Positions 28,403 through 38,106 of a DNA stretch of 64,000 nucleotides are shown piece after piece. Position numbers and translations under genes: made by a program. The notes beneath the pieces are model-generated. The model saw only the letters and a program-made list of their open reading frames with translations. It had not been told where the DNA came from and ran no database searches. Numbering within the stretch: position 1 is the stretch's first letter; every line of letters begins with the position of its first letter. This DNA comes from a virus: UHGV virus genome UHGV-0305822. One strand, 5' to 3'.

Positions 28403-29121
28403 GATTATCTCGGCGTTTCTTAATCGATATTGATACGTTATTTGATACGCGTTTAGGTTGGGTAAAAGCCGTTAAGCCTGAAAGCTTAGCATTGCTAGAC
28501 TACGATGTTTATCGTCGTCGCTATACAGAAGCTTGGGCTGGCGTACTTGGATTTGAAAAATGGGATGAAGAGTGGCGGAAGCGGGATAAGCGCGCGTTGA
28601 TTAATGCGCAACCTACTGAATTATTGGCAACAATGAAAAACGAATTCGAGTGTATGTTGCTTGAAATCGAAATGCATTCGCCAATTGAAAAACCCACCCT
28701 GACCATCAATACGTGGCCTTATACGGATTTAACAGGCGAAGAACTTCAAGCCTTTTTGAATCTGTTTCGGATGTACTACAATAACGTACAAGTTGAATTG
28801 GTGTCTTGGTCGTTAGAAGATCTCACACCGGGGAGATTGTCGTTGGCGTGGGATTGCTGGATAATGTACGATTGGTTCGAGTGGATTAAGCTTAACGCTA
28901 CGCACTTGAAAAAACCAATTCCGAGCTTTACCATCACACACCCTGCCATGCTCACACCAGAACTGACCGGAGTGTTGGTTGAACAAATCAAACAAGACGG
29001 CGTTAACCCGTTTAAGGAACATATCCGGTTTATGGCAGAGTGGGTCGGTGTCGACCCACGAGATGCCGCTTTATTTAGTCTTGCTCGCCCTGCTCAGGAC
29101 GTGCAAACGCCGCCGTCATAA
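28399..29121 (+). CDS. hypothetical protein
   Basis: 240-aa ORF, ATGA overlap with upstream stop. Confidence 0.55.
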   Translation: MRLSRRFLIDIDTLFDTRLGWVKAVKPESLALLDYDVYRRRYTEAWAGVLGFEKWDEEWRKRDKRALINAQPTELLATMKNEFECMLLEIEMHSPIEKPTLTINTWPYTDLTGEELQAFLNLFRMYYNNVQVELVSWSLEDLTPGRLSLAWDCWIMYDWFEWIKLNATHLKKPIPSFTITHPAMLTPELTGVLVEQIKQDGVNPFKEHIRFMAEWVGVDPRDAALFSLARPAQDVQTPPS

Positions 29122-29539
29122 TGGACTTAACATCGATTTGTTCACCTACTGGTGCCAGCTCCCCTTCTGTTACTTCAACATCAGGAATAACAGGAACGGG
29201 GGGCTGGTAGCCCTGGGTTTCTTCGATTTCCTCATCGTGACGACGTATTTTGATATTACCACGTTGCATGAGGATGCTATTAAGTGCATTCGCCAAATCT
29301 TGGTTAGCTTCGCTGTTTTTCTGTGCAGCAGCGACGCGACGTTTGGAAATGATTTGTTTATCGACGTCGTTAAGCAAAGACCCCAGCCGGTCTACCGTTT
29401 TCAAGTCTTTGTGTGCTTGAGGATCGTCTAAGATGAGATTCACAATCCGTACACGGGCTTGTTGCGTTTGGCGGAGAAGCGATTCTTCGTCGTCCACATC
29501 TCCATCAAACGCCTGATATTTCACTTCTTCGTCAGCCAT
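29075..29539 (-). CDS. hypothetical acidic protein
   Basis: 154-aa minus ORF with SD gaggtag; 3' end overlaps the convergent plus gene by 47 nt. Confidence 0.5.
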   Translation of the reverse strand: MADEEVKYQAFDGDVDDEESLLRQTQQARVRIVNLILDDPQAHKDLKTVDRLGSLLNDVDKQIISKRRVAAAQKNSEANQDLANALNSILMQRGNIKIRRHDEEIEETQGYQPPVPVIPDVEVTEGELAPVGEQIDVKSIMTAAFARPEQGEQD

Positions 29540-29566
29540 TCTTACTACCTCAATTTCAAAAAGAAG

Positions 29567-29590
29567 TCAGACAGATATTATCTACGTGAG
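29567..29590 (+). promoter_or_regulatory. candidate phage promoter element, copy E (CAGACAGATATTATCTACGTGAGA)
   Basis: in the divergent gap between minus gene 29075..29539 and plus gene 29611. Confidence 0.3.
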
Positions 29591-29610
29591 ACATTCTTTA
29601 GGAGTGAATT

Positions 29611-30159
29611 ATGTTAACAGGAATAATAACTCGTTTTAAACAACGGTTAGAGAATAATCGTTTAAAAGCCCTCAGAGAGTCTCTGAAGCAGGAGTTCCAT
29701 AAGAACACCCACAACCCCTATGTCAGAGTCTTTACCGGCTTACAATTGCTTACGTTGCCTTTAAACATAAATGAAGAACCTTTTCGTCCCAGCCTTCGCG
29801 GTTTCCTCGAATTGCGTATTAATAACATTGACCTCGTTTATCAACGTTTGGCATTTCTCATTAATGAATACCAACGAGCAATTAACAGGAGTTCAATAGA
29901 ATGGCTACCATTACCTGATGCTTTAAATAAACGAAACGACTTGGCGGAATACCGATGGCTAGACACTTATTTTGGGACGTCCAGTCCTGAGGTTGCCGCT
30001 TATAAGCTGGGTAAATTACTCGCGCTAATTCAACCCTATGAATCGGCGTTCCTTAAACCGGAGTCCGACGAAGACAAAGCGCTGGTAAATCAAACAGCGC
30101 ATTTATTCCGGGAGTTGGAAACGTTGATTGAACACTACCTTTTAGAACGTCCTATTTAA
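29611..30159 (+). CDS. hypothetical protein
   Basis: 182-aa ORF; SD ttaggagtg. Confidence 0.6.
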   Translation: MLTGIITRFKQRLENNRLKALRESLKQEFHKNTHNPYVRVFTGLQLLTLPLNINEEPFRPSLRGFLELRINNIDLVYQRLAFLINEYQRAINRSSIEWLPLPDALNKRNDLAEYRWLDTYFGTSSPEVAAYKLGKLLALIQPYESAFLKPESDEDKALVNQTAHLFRELETLIEHYLLERPI

Positions 30160-30189
30160 TAAACCAGTAACCCCTTGTAACAAGGTGAT

Positions 30190-31035
30190 GTGATGGATAG
30201 CAAAAAAGTAAGTGTGGTCGTGGACGCTGAAGACGAACGTGCAGGCGGACCACTTCAAACACTATATTGGAATTATAAAGAATTGATCGGGTGGAAGCCT
30301 TCGGATTATAAACTCGCCGTCGCCAAACATATTCTGTCTCCAGAATTTAAAACACGTTCAAAAGCAACGATGGACGATCGAATACAACGTATCTCCACGA
30401 AGCTGAGTTCAGGTAACATCCCTGCACTACCTGTCGATCTTACCTGGCGAGGTTTTACAGAAGGGTTGGTGATTACCGGAGTGGAAACACTGCGGATTTG
30501 TGTAACCACTTACCGAGGACACTTCAAAACAAAAACCGTATCTGAAATTACCACACGCGTGCGTGAAGATCTCGCTCGGGATTTGTTCGAAGATAACGAC
30601 GAACGACCTAAAGAGTCTGCAACTGCGCAATTGAACCGTTATTTCCAGAACTGTGGTGAGACCGCAAAGATGATGGTACATCCGTTATCTCGGCTAACTT
30701 GGACTATCTTCGCAAACATGAAAATGAATGCGGACTGGTGGTACCGTCTTTCCACAAACTTCGTTAACGATCCTGCTAACTGTGAGCAGACGCCGTCGAA
30801 ACGAAATGATTTGCGGCACAACATGCAGCACAATCTAAGGTTAAAAAAGAAGTTTTCCTGGAAATGGTTTATGAGGGTACTCAAGGCAATTGATGTTCGT
30901 AGTTTCGAAATCCTTCTGACCTTAAGGCGTCAGAAAGACAATAAAATCTACGAAGTTCAGGTCACGGTAAACCTTGACGAATACCAAATTGGAGACCAGA
31001 ATGAAAATCGACCAAATAACCAGTCAGATAAATAA
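30190..31035 (+). CDS. hypothetical protein
   Basis: 281-aa ORF. Confidence 0.6.
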   Translation: MMDSKKVSVVVDAEDERAGGPLQTLYWNYKELIGWKPSDYKLAVAKHILSPEFKTRSKATMDDRIQRISTKLSSGNIPALPVDLTWRGFTEGLVITGVETLRICVTTYRGHFKTKTVSEITTRVREDLARDLFEDNDERPKESATAQLNRYFQNCGETAKMMVHPLSRLTWTIFANMKMNADWWYRLSTNFVNDPANCEQTPSKRNDLRHNMQHNLRLKKKFSWKWFMRVLKAIDVRSFEILLTLRRQKDNKIYEVQVTVNLDEYQIGDQNENRPNNQSDK

Positions 31036-32275
31036 AGGTCAGTCAGCAATCGATAATTCCGTTAATACGGCAAAGAACGCCGCAAACCGCGTACAATCGA
31101 CGGTGGAGAATGCGGAGCGTGGTATTAAAAGCACGGTCGATAGCGTCAACCGATTATCAGAACGTGCTGGTGAAACATTCAACAAACTGATTGGCGGTGG
31201 TAACGAACTGACCAGCAAAATTGGTAACCTTTTTGGCGGTAGCGATACCGCCAGTGTTGGGGGGAGTAAGACTGCGGGGAGTTCGGCTTCCGGTGTATCT
31301 CCAGGACAAAAGGTTCCCGGTTTTGCATCTAATACCAAAGAAACACTTCCTGTCCTCGATCCACAAAAGCGTGACGTTTCTGAACCTTTTAAGAAAAAGG
31401 ATGAAGATGGTCTAAAAGCGCTAGACTACCTAAGTCCGGGTGGGATGGGGAAACTGTTAAATAAAGGGTGGGACAGCATCGGCAGCTTAACCGACTCTGT
31501 TTTATCAGGTATCGGCACCGACTTTAACTCAGTGAAAAAACGTCTCGAAGGGACGATGAACATTGCTGGGCAACTGGCTAAACTCCCCTCGGAAGTTAGT
31601 CAAGAAGTCAACGGCTTTATGTCCGAAGTTAACAGTATGCGTTATCAAATCACCTCGATCGTTGATGACGTACAGCATACTTTCGACAGCTACAAAGACT
31701 TAGACGACTTCTTAGCCATCGATAACCTGATTAACAGCTTTAAAGGCAGCAACAGTTTCTCCACGTTAGACATTAATACCTCTTCAGCATTGATTTATGG
31801 CCTGTCTACCAAACTGAACAGTTATGGCTTACCGGCTAAAATCGAACCGATGCTTCAAGCGATTACTGATGCACAAGCGAAAGAGGTACTGTACGGCGAG
31901 CTGATGATTCAGGCGGCAGCGACAGGTAATCTGGATTCAACGGAATACTATCTAGATAAACTCCAACCGGGGCAAGGGACTCAGATCGCAACCACCGTTA
32001 TCCAGAACCTTATGGCTAACCTTCGGGTTGAACCCGGTGTCAGTTTCAAAACGTATGGCACTCGTCTATTAACGTTATTTAAAGGATTAGATGCAAAATG
32101 GGACAAAGCGAAAAACATCACGCCAGAAATGACTGAACTTAAACTTTACACCTATGCAGGCGTAAATGCGATTCAGGCGCTACTGACCACCGAGAAACGT
32201 AATTACGTGATTGCTGCAGGCAGTGTAAGTTACCAGTCTACCGATAAAATCGTGGAAGACTATTTTGCAATTTAA
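31001..32275 (+). CDS. hypothetical protein (Gly/Ser-rich N-terminal region)
   Basis: ATG 31001 (MKIDQITSQ) after ggagacc; the track ORF starts at 30974. Confidence 0.55.
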   Translation: MKIDQITSQINKGQSAIDNSVNTAKNAANRVQSTVENAERGIKSTVDSVNRLSERAGETFNKLIGGGNELTSKIGNLFGGSDTASVGGSKTAGSSASGVSPGQKVPGFASNTKETLPVLDPQKRDVSEPFKKKDEDGLKALDYLSPGGMGKLLNKGWDSIGSLTDSVLSGIGTDFNSVKKRLEGTMNIAGQLAKLPSEVSQEVNGFMSEVNSMRYQITSIVDDVQHTFDSYKDLDDFLAIDNLINSFKGSNSFSTLDINTSSALIYGLSTKLNSYGLPAKIEPMLQAITDAQAKEVLYGELMIQAAATGNLDSTEYYLDKLQPGQGTQIATTVIQNLMANLRVEPGVSFKTYGTRLLTLFKGLDAKWDKAKNITPEMTELKLYTYAGVNAIQALLTTEKRNYVIAAGSVSYQSTDKIVEDYFAI

Positions 32276-32285
32276 GAGGCCGGTT

Positions 32286-33107
32286 ATGTCCGAACCACAA
32301 TTACTGCGTTCCGTATTAAAGAAGATCAAAAGCCAGGGTGAAGACAATCAAGCTTTGGCATTAACGCTGGGTTATCAACCTGGGCGAAATAATCCTAATG
32401 GATACGTTAACGCGTCAAACATCGTGCTTACTCCTGATGAGCGCTTTGTTTATGTCCTATACCTTCGTCGTTTAGGCTACGTTTGTGCGTTACCCGAAAA
32501 ACTCCCTTTTACCGATGGTATCAACCATCTTAACCTTTACTCTAACGGTCGTACTACCGTAGGGAAAATGATCAGTAACTTCTACGCACAACCTAACGGT
32601 GCGAAATTCGACACAATTCACGGTCAGTTTTTAACGCTAGAAGGCTACTATCATTATTTAAGGATCGTAGACTATCTGTTCTACAAAGGCTACGGAATAA
32701 ACGCTTTGGGTCGTTTGGAAACTGAATATCCTGACATCCGTTTATTACGCACCCTGACTGGGGCTGAATGTATACAACGCGGTCGGCGGTTAAAGGCGAG
32801 TATTTACGGGGGCACGGATTATCGGCCTGGCGAGTTTAGCGATTACGCGAACGGTGCATTTCAAAACGCATTACTGCGTAAACTCCGACTCTTGAAGTTT
32901 GACGGAAGCTGCTTAGGTAATGTGTTATCGTACTGTCATTCGATGGGATTACCGTTCTTGCATTACTACGTTATGAACGGCCGGGTTATTACACCACCCC
33001 ATTCGGAATGGCTTCCTAATCTGGTGGTTTCTATTGTAGAAAACATCGACTTTAACGACACAACGTTCGACATTACGAGCGTCAGTGAAAGTATGGGATT
33101 AATCTAA
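32286..33107 (+). CDS. hypothetical protein
   Basis: ATG 32286 (MSEPQLL) after agaggccgg; the track ORF starts at 32265. Confidence 0.55.
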   Translation: MSEPQLLRSVLKKIKSQGEDNQALALTLGYQPGRNNPNGYVNASNIVLTPDERFVYVLYLRRLGYVCALPEKLPFTDGINHLNLYSNGRTTVGKMISNFYAQPNGAKFDTIHGQFLTLEGYYHYLRIVDYLFYKGYGINALGRLETEYPDIRLLRTLTGAECIQRGRRLKASIYGGTDYRPGEFSDYANGAFQNALLRKLRLLKFDGSCLGNVLSYCHSMGLPFLHYYVMNGRVITPPHSEWLPNLVVSIVENIDFNDTTFDITSVSESMGLI

Positions 33108-33766
33108 TGGGATTATTCGATACCCTTGCGCAATTGGAAAAAGCGCAGGAAGAAGAGGTTATTCGCGTTGCGGGCGAATCCATTAAACGTGAAGTGGAAA
33201 AGGAATATTGCGTCTGGGTTAAACCTACGCAAGCGGGATGGGATTGGCTGCACGCACAGTCCACCAAGATGTTCATGGACATTCTCATGCCGATAGAAGG
33301 TGGGCGTCGCCGTATCCGTATTAAAGAAGACGGCACAGCACAGCTAACGCTTAAGCGTAAATTCCTGGACGGAAAGGTTGAAGAGAATTCGGATATCGGT
33401 ATTAGTTCTGCACTCTCTTTTTACAAGGACGGTTATTTGGCACACCTGGTGAAACGTATTCACTTAGAACCGGGTGAATTAGCCGATAAAGGTGCTAAGC
33501 ATTGGGATATTGATATTTTCAGTATCACCACCGGACACCCCGCAATTGAAGTTTCGAGTGACTTTAACGATCTCCTCACTGAGATGCGTAGCAGTACCAG
33601 CGTCGGTGACTGGGTGAAAGTTGAACTGGAAGTCGAGCGTTACGAGATTGCGGATGTTCTGTCTGTGATTCCGTTTGAGTTTGACGGCCATATTCCGGCT
33701 ACGCCAAAAGATCCTGAAGACCAAGAATATCTTCGTGATTACTGGGATTCAGTTACCCGTATGTAA
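33107..33766 (+). CDS. hypothetical protein
   Basis: 219-aa ORF with ATG overlapping the upstream stop. Confidence 0.6.
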   Translation: MGLFDTLAQLEKAQEEEVIRVAGESIKREVEKEYCVWVKPTQAGWDWLHAQSTKMFMDILMPIEGGRRRIRIKEDGTAQLTLKRKFLDGKVEENSDIGISSALSFYKDGYLAHLVKRIHLEPGELADKGAKHWDIDIFSITTGHPAIEVSSDFNDLLTEMRSSTSVGDWVKVELEVERYEIADVLSVIPFEFDGHIPATPKDPEDQEYLRDYWDSVTRM

Positions 33767-33770
33767 CACC

Positions 33771-33810
33771 TACCCTACTCCTGACTAGGAGTAGGGTATT
33801 TTCATTTTTT
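33771..33810 (+). terminator. intrinsic terminator
   Basis: taccctactcctgactaggagtagggta hairpin followed by ttttcatttttt. Confidence 0.65.
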
Positions 33811-33829
33811 ACCCTAAAGGAGAATTACC

Positions 33830-34198
33830 ATGCAAGCTCAGTTTTTTAGTACACCCAAAGGTTTCGGTTTTAAATTCCCTGAATTTGTTTTACCAAAACA
33901 AGTTATTGAAGTACCCTTCCCCCGTTATGTGCAATTAGGACTGCGCACTGTACTTGCCAACTTTTCGGGAAAGACTGTGGAAATTCGTGTGTGGGAAGGT
34001 TCGGGAAGCCCTGGTGGTGTTATGTTTGTTGATTACAATTGGATTAAAAGAACAGGTTTTCCGCTTGTACGAACAGTTGAGGCTGCTCGTGGATTACCCT
34101 TCCACGCTCTACTGGAAGATATAACGTTACCTGTAACTGGCGATTATTCTTCTCCTGCGGATGACGAATACCAAATTCATCTTGTTTTGTTGAAATGA
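33830..34198 (+). CDS. hypothetical protein
   Basis: 122-aa ORF; SD ctaaaggag. Confidence 0.55.
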   Translation: MQAQFFSTPKGFGFKFPEFVLPKQVIEVPFPRYVQLGLRTVLANFSGKTVEIRVWEGSGSPGGVMFVDYNWIKRTGFPLVRTVEAARGLPFHALLEDITLPVTGDYSSPADDEYQIHLVLLK

Positions 34199-34258
34199 TT
34201 TTTACAGTTGGGAACAGACTTATGTCTCCCAAGACTGCGTTTAAGCGGAGAAACAATT

Positions 34259-34786
34259 ATGCGTGGATATATTCTCGATCTTGCAATTTCTGTAGAAGAA
34301 CTTGTGGAAAAACTCGGCGGTACTGGTCGCGGACTTCATGAGAAGACCGAAAGCATAGCTCATCTTCTCGAACCAAAATACGTACGGAAACTCCACATGA
34401 TTGCTTCCGTTCGCAACAAATCCAACCACAGGAGAATTCTTCCTGATCGCATAGACGTCTATGAACAAGCTGTGGAAGAAACCAGGCTCTATTTAGAAGA
34501 TCTGATTAGGAAAATTGAAGAACGGAAACGTCAAAAGGCTGCGGAGATAAACGCCAAATACCTAGACCGCGAAGCGTTGTTGAAACAGGTAGAAGACGAA
34601 ATCGAACGTAACAGTGTTGAAACAGAACGCATGAGAACGCAAACCTCCACATCGAATACAGGCCCGTCTACTACGGAAGAGAAGAAATGGTCTGATTTGA
34701 CTGTGATAGAAAAGATAGGTTGGGGTGCCGGTATTGCAATCATGGGAGCTGCGGTTGCGTACCTTAAAATAAAGTCTCGTGACTAA
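34259..34786 (+). CDS. hypothetical protein with C-terminal transmembrane helix
   Basis: ATG 34259 (MRGYILDL) after gcggagaaac; C-terminal IGWGAGIAIMGAAVAYL. Confidence 0.5.
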   Translation: MRGYILDLAISVEELVEKLGGTGRGLHEKTESIAHLLEPKYVRKLHMIASVRNKSNHRRILPDRIDVYEQAVEETRLYLEDLIRKIEERKRQKAAEINAKYLDREALLKQVEDEIERNSVETERMRTQTSTSNTGPSTTEEKKWSDLTVIEKIGWGAGIAIMGAAVAYLKIKSRD

Positions 34787-34800
34787 ATCGGGTATCGGAA

Positions 34801-35346
34801 ATGAAACAAATACAGTTAACTGATCACGTTAATGCGTTTAAACACTTTCTGGATAACGCGGGTATAAAACCTGGCGAACAGACAGACGCATGGACTGCAC
34901 GTGTTTATGGAAGTATTGGCAAAGTCTGTGAATCCACGACAACACACGATGGGTTGTTTGTTGCTAAAGCAGTAGGTATTGCCTTGTGGGATCTTGCTGC
35001 CTTGGTTTACGTGATGAATAACGGGGATTTACGCCCCCTTGAAAAATCGTTACACCGACTACTAGCCATTAAGAAATGGAAAAACGAACATCCTGAGACA
35101 ATCGCGGTGACGTTGATGCCGGAAGCGGTACTTGCTATCAAAGCGGTGCGCAGTTGTACCGCACGCGCACAAATGGAGCGTCGACTACACCTCACGACGC
35201 TCTTTTATCAGTTGGCTAGAATTGTAAAGATGAACGGCCTAATCTTCGACCGGGTTCTACAAAACGGACGTATAAGTTGGACAGAAGAACTAAGCAGTTC
35301 TCCGTTCTATACAAAACTAAAACTTAAAGACATTTTGAAGGATTAA
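34801..35346 (+). CDS. hypothetical protein
   Basis: 181-aa ORF. Confidence 0.55.
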   Translation: MKQIQLTDHVNAFKHFLDNAGIKPGEQTDAWTARVYGSIGKVCESTTTHDGLFVAKAVGIALWDLAALVYVMNNGDLRPLEKSLHRLLAIKKWKNEHPETIAVTLMPEAVLAIKAVRSCTARAQMERRLHLTTLFYQLARIVKMNGLIFDRVLQNGRISWTEELSSSPFYTKLKLKDILKD

Positions 35347-35347
35347 C

Positions 35348-35656
35348 ATGGAAAACTATTCGGGTTGGGCAATTTCGCAGTGCATTGGTTATTCTTTACG
35401 TTCTTTAGTGCGTACACTTTATAACAAAAACTCAGGCGAAGCTATTACACCACAGTTACTGGGCAAATTGGAAGTCGAAGTTAACCACAAATTAAAGCAG
35501 TTACTCGACAGCCACGTAAGAACAATGCGTTGGGAGTTCTTGCTACGTGGTAAGAAGCCAACAATTACCGTTGTAGCAGAAGGCAGTGAAATCGTACTGC
35601 AATCCAACGCAGACCTATTTGAAATTTTAACTGAACTCGAAAAGGACAAAATCTGA
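35348..35656 (+). CDS. hypothetical protein
   Basis: 102-aa ORF. Confidence 0.5.
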   Translation: MENYSGWAISQCIGYSLRSLVRTLYNKNSGEAITPQLLGKLEVEVNHKLKQLLDSHVRTMRWEFLLRGKKPTITVVAEGSEIVLQSNADLFEILTELEKDKI

Positions 35657-35976
35657 TGGTTACGAACGACAATATCAAGAAAAAGATTGACGAAATTATA
35701 AGCGTCAGTTTAGATAGAATCGAATTAATTCCCGAAACTAAGGAGATCAAATATTACGTTCCTGCGGACGAACTATTTCCAGGTCTTCTTAGAATCTCAC
35801 CAAAAAAGGTTGAAGAGGCTAAACGACAATTCGAAGTTCGTGGCCTTAAGGTTGACATTGTTAACAAAAAACATTTCCATGTAACGTATAGCCAGGAAAA
35901 CATTATATTTAGTCCTGAACAAGCGCAACGTAATTTAGATATTTTAACGAAACGAATGGGGAATAATAACAAATGA
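35656..35976 (+). CDS. hypothetical protein
   Basis: 106-aa ORF with ATGA-type overlaps on both sides. Confidence 0.5.
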   Translation: MVTNDNIKKKIDEIISVSLDRIELIPETKEIKYYVPADELFPGLLRISPKKVEEAKRQFEVRGLKVDIVNKKHFHVTYSQENIIFSPEQAQRNLDILTKRMGNNNK

Positions 35977-37007
35977 AACAGTATTTAGCGTTAATGCAAG
36001 ACATTCTGGATAACGGTGTTGTCAAGAAAGACCGCACAGGTGTAGGGACACTATCTGTATTTGGTCGTCAACTACGTTTTGATCTGAAAGAAGGTTTCCC
36101 ATTAGTTACTACGAAGAAGGTTCACCTGAAAAGTATCATTCATGAACTGTTGTGGTTCTTAAACGGTGACACTAACGTGAAGTACCTGCAAGAGAACGGG
36201 GTAAAAATTTGGAATGCATGGAGTGATGAAGAGGGGAACTTAGGGCCAGTTTATGGTAAACAATGGCGCGAATGGCGCGACTGTAAAGTTGTGGAGTGTC
36301 ATGACGTAAGACGTACACAACAACTAATGCAACGGGGTTACAAGTATATTGGGAATATGAAGGAAGATGGTACGACGTATTTGGTTTATGAAAAAGCACA
36401 TGACCAGATCAGCAAAGTTATCCGACAGCTTCGTGAAGACCCTGACTCCCGCCGTATTATCGTTAGCGCCTGGAATGTAAGTGACCTGGACGATATGGCA
36501 CTTAATCCATGTCACAACTACTTCCAGTTCTACACAACGGAAATGACACTGCTTGAGCGACTGGATTGGTACGAAGCAAATGAACCGGAAAAATTTGCGA
36601 ACGCGCCACTTATTAATCACGAAGATATTGATGATGAAGAACGACTTCATGAAACTTTAGATCGTGAAGGTATCCCTCGTCGTAAGCTTTCATGTTTTTA
36701 CATGATGCGGAGCAACGATGTCGCATTAGGAAAACCGTTCAACATCGCGTCATACGCTCTGCTAACTCATGTGGTTGCCCAACAAGTGAATATGGTTCCC
36801 GATGAGTTAGTTTATAGTGGGGTCGATGTGCATTTATATCTGAACCACCTCGATCAAATAAAACTCCAGTTGACACGTGAGCCGTACCCGTTACCTAAAT
36901 TGGTTATTAAACGTAAACCCGAATCTATCTTCGACTACAAATACGAGGACTTTGAAGCAGTCGGTTACCAATCACACCCACACATCGCCATGCCTGTCGC
37001 GGTGTAA
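35973..37007 (+). CDS. thyA: thymidylate synthase (ThyA family) with two in-frame insertions
   Basis: by-eye comparison with E. coli ThyA from memory: MKQYL..DRTG.GTLS.FG...[34 protein letters not shown], catalytic Cys in [40 protein letters not shown]; 344 aa versus 264 aa in E. coli. Confidence 0.85.
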   Translation: MKQYLALMQDILDNGVVKKDRTGVGTLSVFGRQLRFDLKEGFPLVTTKKVHLKSIIHELLWFLNGDTNVKYLQENGVKIWNAWSDEEGNLGPVYGKQWREWRDCKVVECHDVRRTQQLMQRGYKYIGNMKEDGTTYLVYEKAHDQISKVIRQLREDPDSRRIIVSAWNVSDLDDMALNPCHNYFQFYTTEMTLLERLDWYEANEPEKFANAPLINHEDIDDEERLHETLDREGIPRRKLSCFYMMRSNDVALGKPFNIASYALLTHVVAQQVNMVPDELVYSGVDVHLYLNHLDQIKLQLTREPYPLPKLVIKRKPESIFDYKYEDFEAVGYQSHPHIAMPVAV

Positions 37008-37036
37008 ACTACCACTTAACTAAAAGGAACGATAAA

Positions 37037-37483
37037 ATGTCTAAAACTCGTGTTAACTATAACATCGTAGTAGAAGAATTATCAAAAGGTTTAACTGATC
37101 TGGATTCCAAAGATAATCCGTTTACCGATCGTTATGGAGCCAAAGCTTTATCTGAGTTCCGTACTATCCGCTACGGTACAGGTAGACAGACAGGACTTAC
37201 AGACTTTGCTGTCGAGTTAGCTAAGAACCATAAAGGAAAGGTATTATTCGTTAATCCGAAAGGGTTCTTAGAGGACGATGTGCTATTCCGTTTGGGTCTC
37301 GAAGACTTGCCGGAGAATATCACGCAAATCATCGGTTACCAAATGGGTACAGAAAAAGAAAAATACAGTCTTGTTATTGTAGACAACGCTGGGGTTTTCT
37401 TTAGCATTTTCCGTTACATGAAGTTCTTTCGCTTACTGGCAAACTCAGTAACTAAAGACGTTGTAATACATTTAATGGGTTAG
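37037..37483 (+). CDS. hypothetical protein
   Basis: 148-aa ORF; SD aaaggaacg. Confidence 0.55.
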   Translation: MSKTRVNYNIVVEELSKGLTDLDSKDNPFTDRYGAKALSEFRTIRYGTGRQTGLTDFAVELAKNHKGKVLFVNPKGFLEDDVLFRLGLEDLPENITQIIGYQMGTEKEKYSLVIVDNAGVFFSIFRYMKFFRLLANSVTKDVVIHLMG

Positions 37484-37502
37484 TTGGTGATAAGGAAAAT
37501 TT

Positions 37503-37676
37503 ATGTTGGGTGATGTTCTTAATTTCACGATAACGTATTTCGAGCCGAAGAAGTTCCGTACCATTGTCACACGTTATTGTAAAGGGCCGAACAAAGGACG
37601 TAAACGTTTCCAAGTAATTCAACTTGATTATTCCAAGTTCCTTGAAACTAACCCGTTCGAAAAGGAAGTGCGATGA
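37503..37676 (+). CDS. small hypothetical protein (57 aa), putative
   Basis: SD gataaggaaaat then ATG; stop overlaps the next ATG (ATGA); not in the ORF track. Confidence 0.3.
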   Translation: MLGDVLNFTITYFEPKKFRTIVTRYCKGPNKGRKRFQVIQLDYSKFLETNPFEKEVR

Positions 37677-37897
37677 AGAAACCACGCTTTCACAGCCTTA
37701 GATACTTTACAGGTACTGTATATTTTATTGGCTACAACCGTGTACGTAAGGGTCCTGGTAGGTCGAAGGTGCGCGTTGTACAATATAAAGAGGCACCGCC
37801 AAGTCTACCACGGTTGGCAATGCTACTATCACCATTTGCCAATCTTAAAATCAAAACTGTTAACCCCTTTGTAAGAAATTTGGAAACTAAAAAATGA
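37673..37897 (+). CDS. small basic hypothetical protein
   Basis: 74-aa ORF rich in R and K. Confidence 0.4.
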   Translation: MKKPRFHSLRYFTGTVYFIGYNRVRKGPGRSKVRVVQYKEAPPSLPRLAMLLSPFANLKIKTVNPFVRNLETKK

Positions 37898-38037
37898 CTG
37901 AAGAAGTTAAAGTAGAAACCGTTAAAGAAACTGATGAATTTGCAATCCCTGGGTTAGACCCGGAAGCTACCGTAGAGAAGGGTGCTGACCCAACTACGGA
38001 AGACGATAACTGCTCAGGCGGGGCTTGCAAAATTTAA
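37894..38037 (+). CDS. small acidic peptide (47 aa) ending in CSGGACKI, putative
   Basis: ATGA overlap with upstream stop; SD ggaaactaaaaa; followed directly by a terminator. Confidence 0.3.
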   Translation: MTEEVKVETVKETDEFAIPGLDPEATVEKGADPTTEDDNCSGGACKI

Positions 38038-38045
38038 CAGTTCCT

Positions 38046-38084
38046 GGGGTGCTTATGTAGCACCCCTAATCCTTATTCTTTTTG
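38046..38084 (+). terminator. intrinsic terminator
   Basis: ggggtgcttatgtagcacccc hairpin followed by a T-rich run. Confidence 0.65.
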
Positions 38085-38106
38085 TTTAAACTAATGGAGT
38101 TTTAAA

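Noticed and set aside
28979-29431. 150-aa plus-strand ORF
   Set aside because: Antisense to minus ORF 29075..29539, which has an SD; the plus ORF has Cys/Phe-rich low-plausibility composition.
35973-37007. Intein or intron inside the ThyA gene
   Set aside because: Reading frame is continuous and the extra segments (about 34 and 45 aa) are far too short for an intein; no intron-like interruption of the frame.
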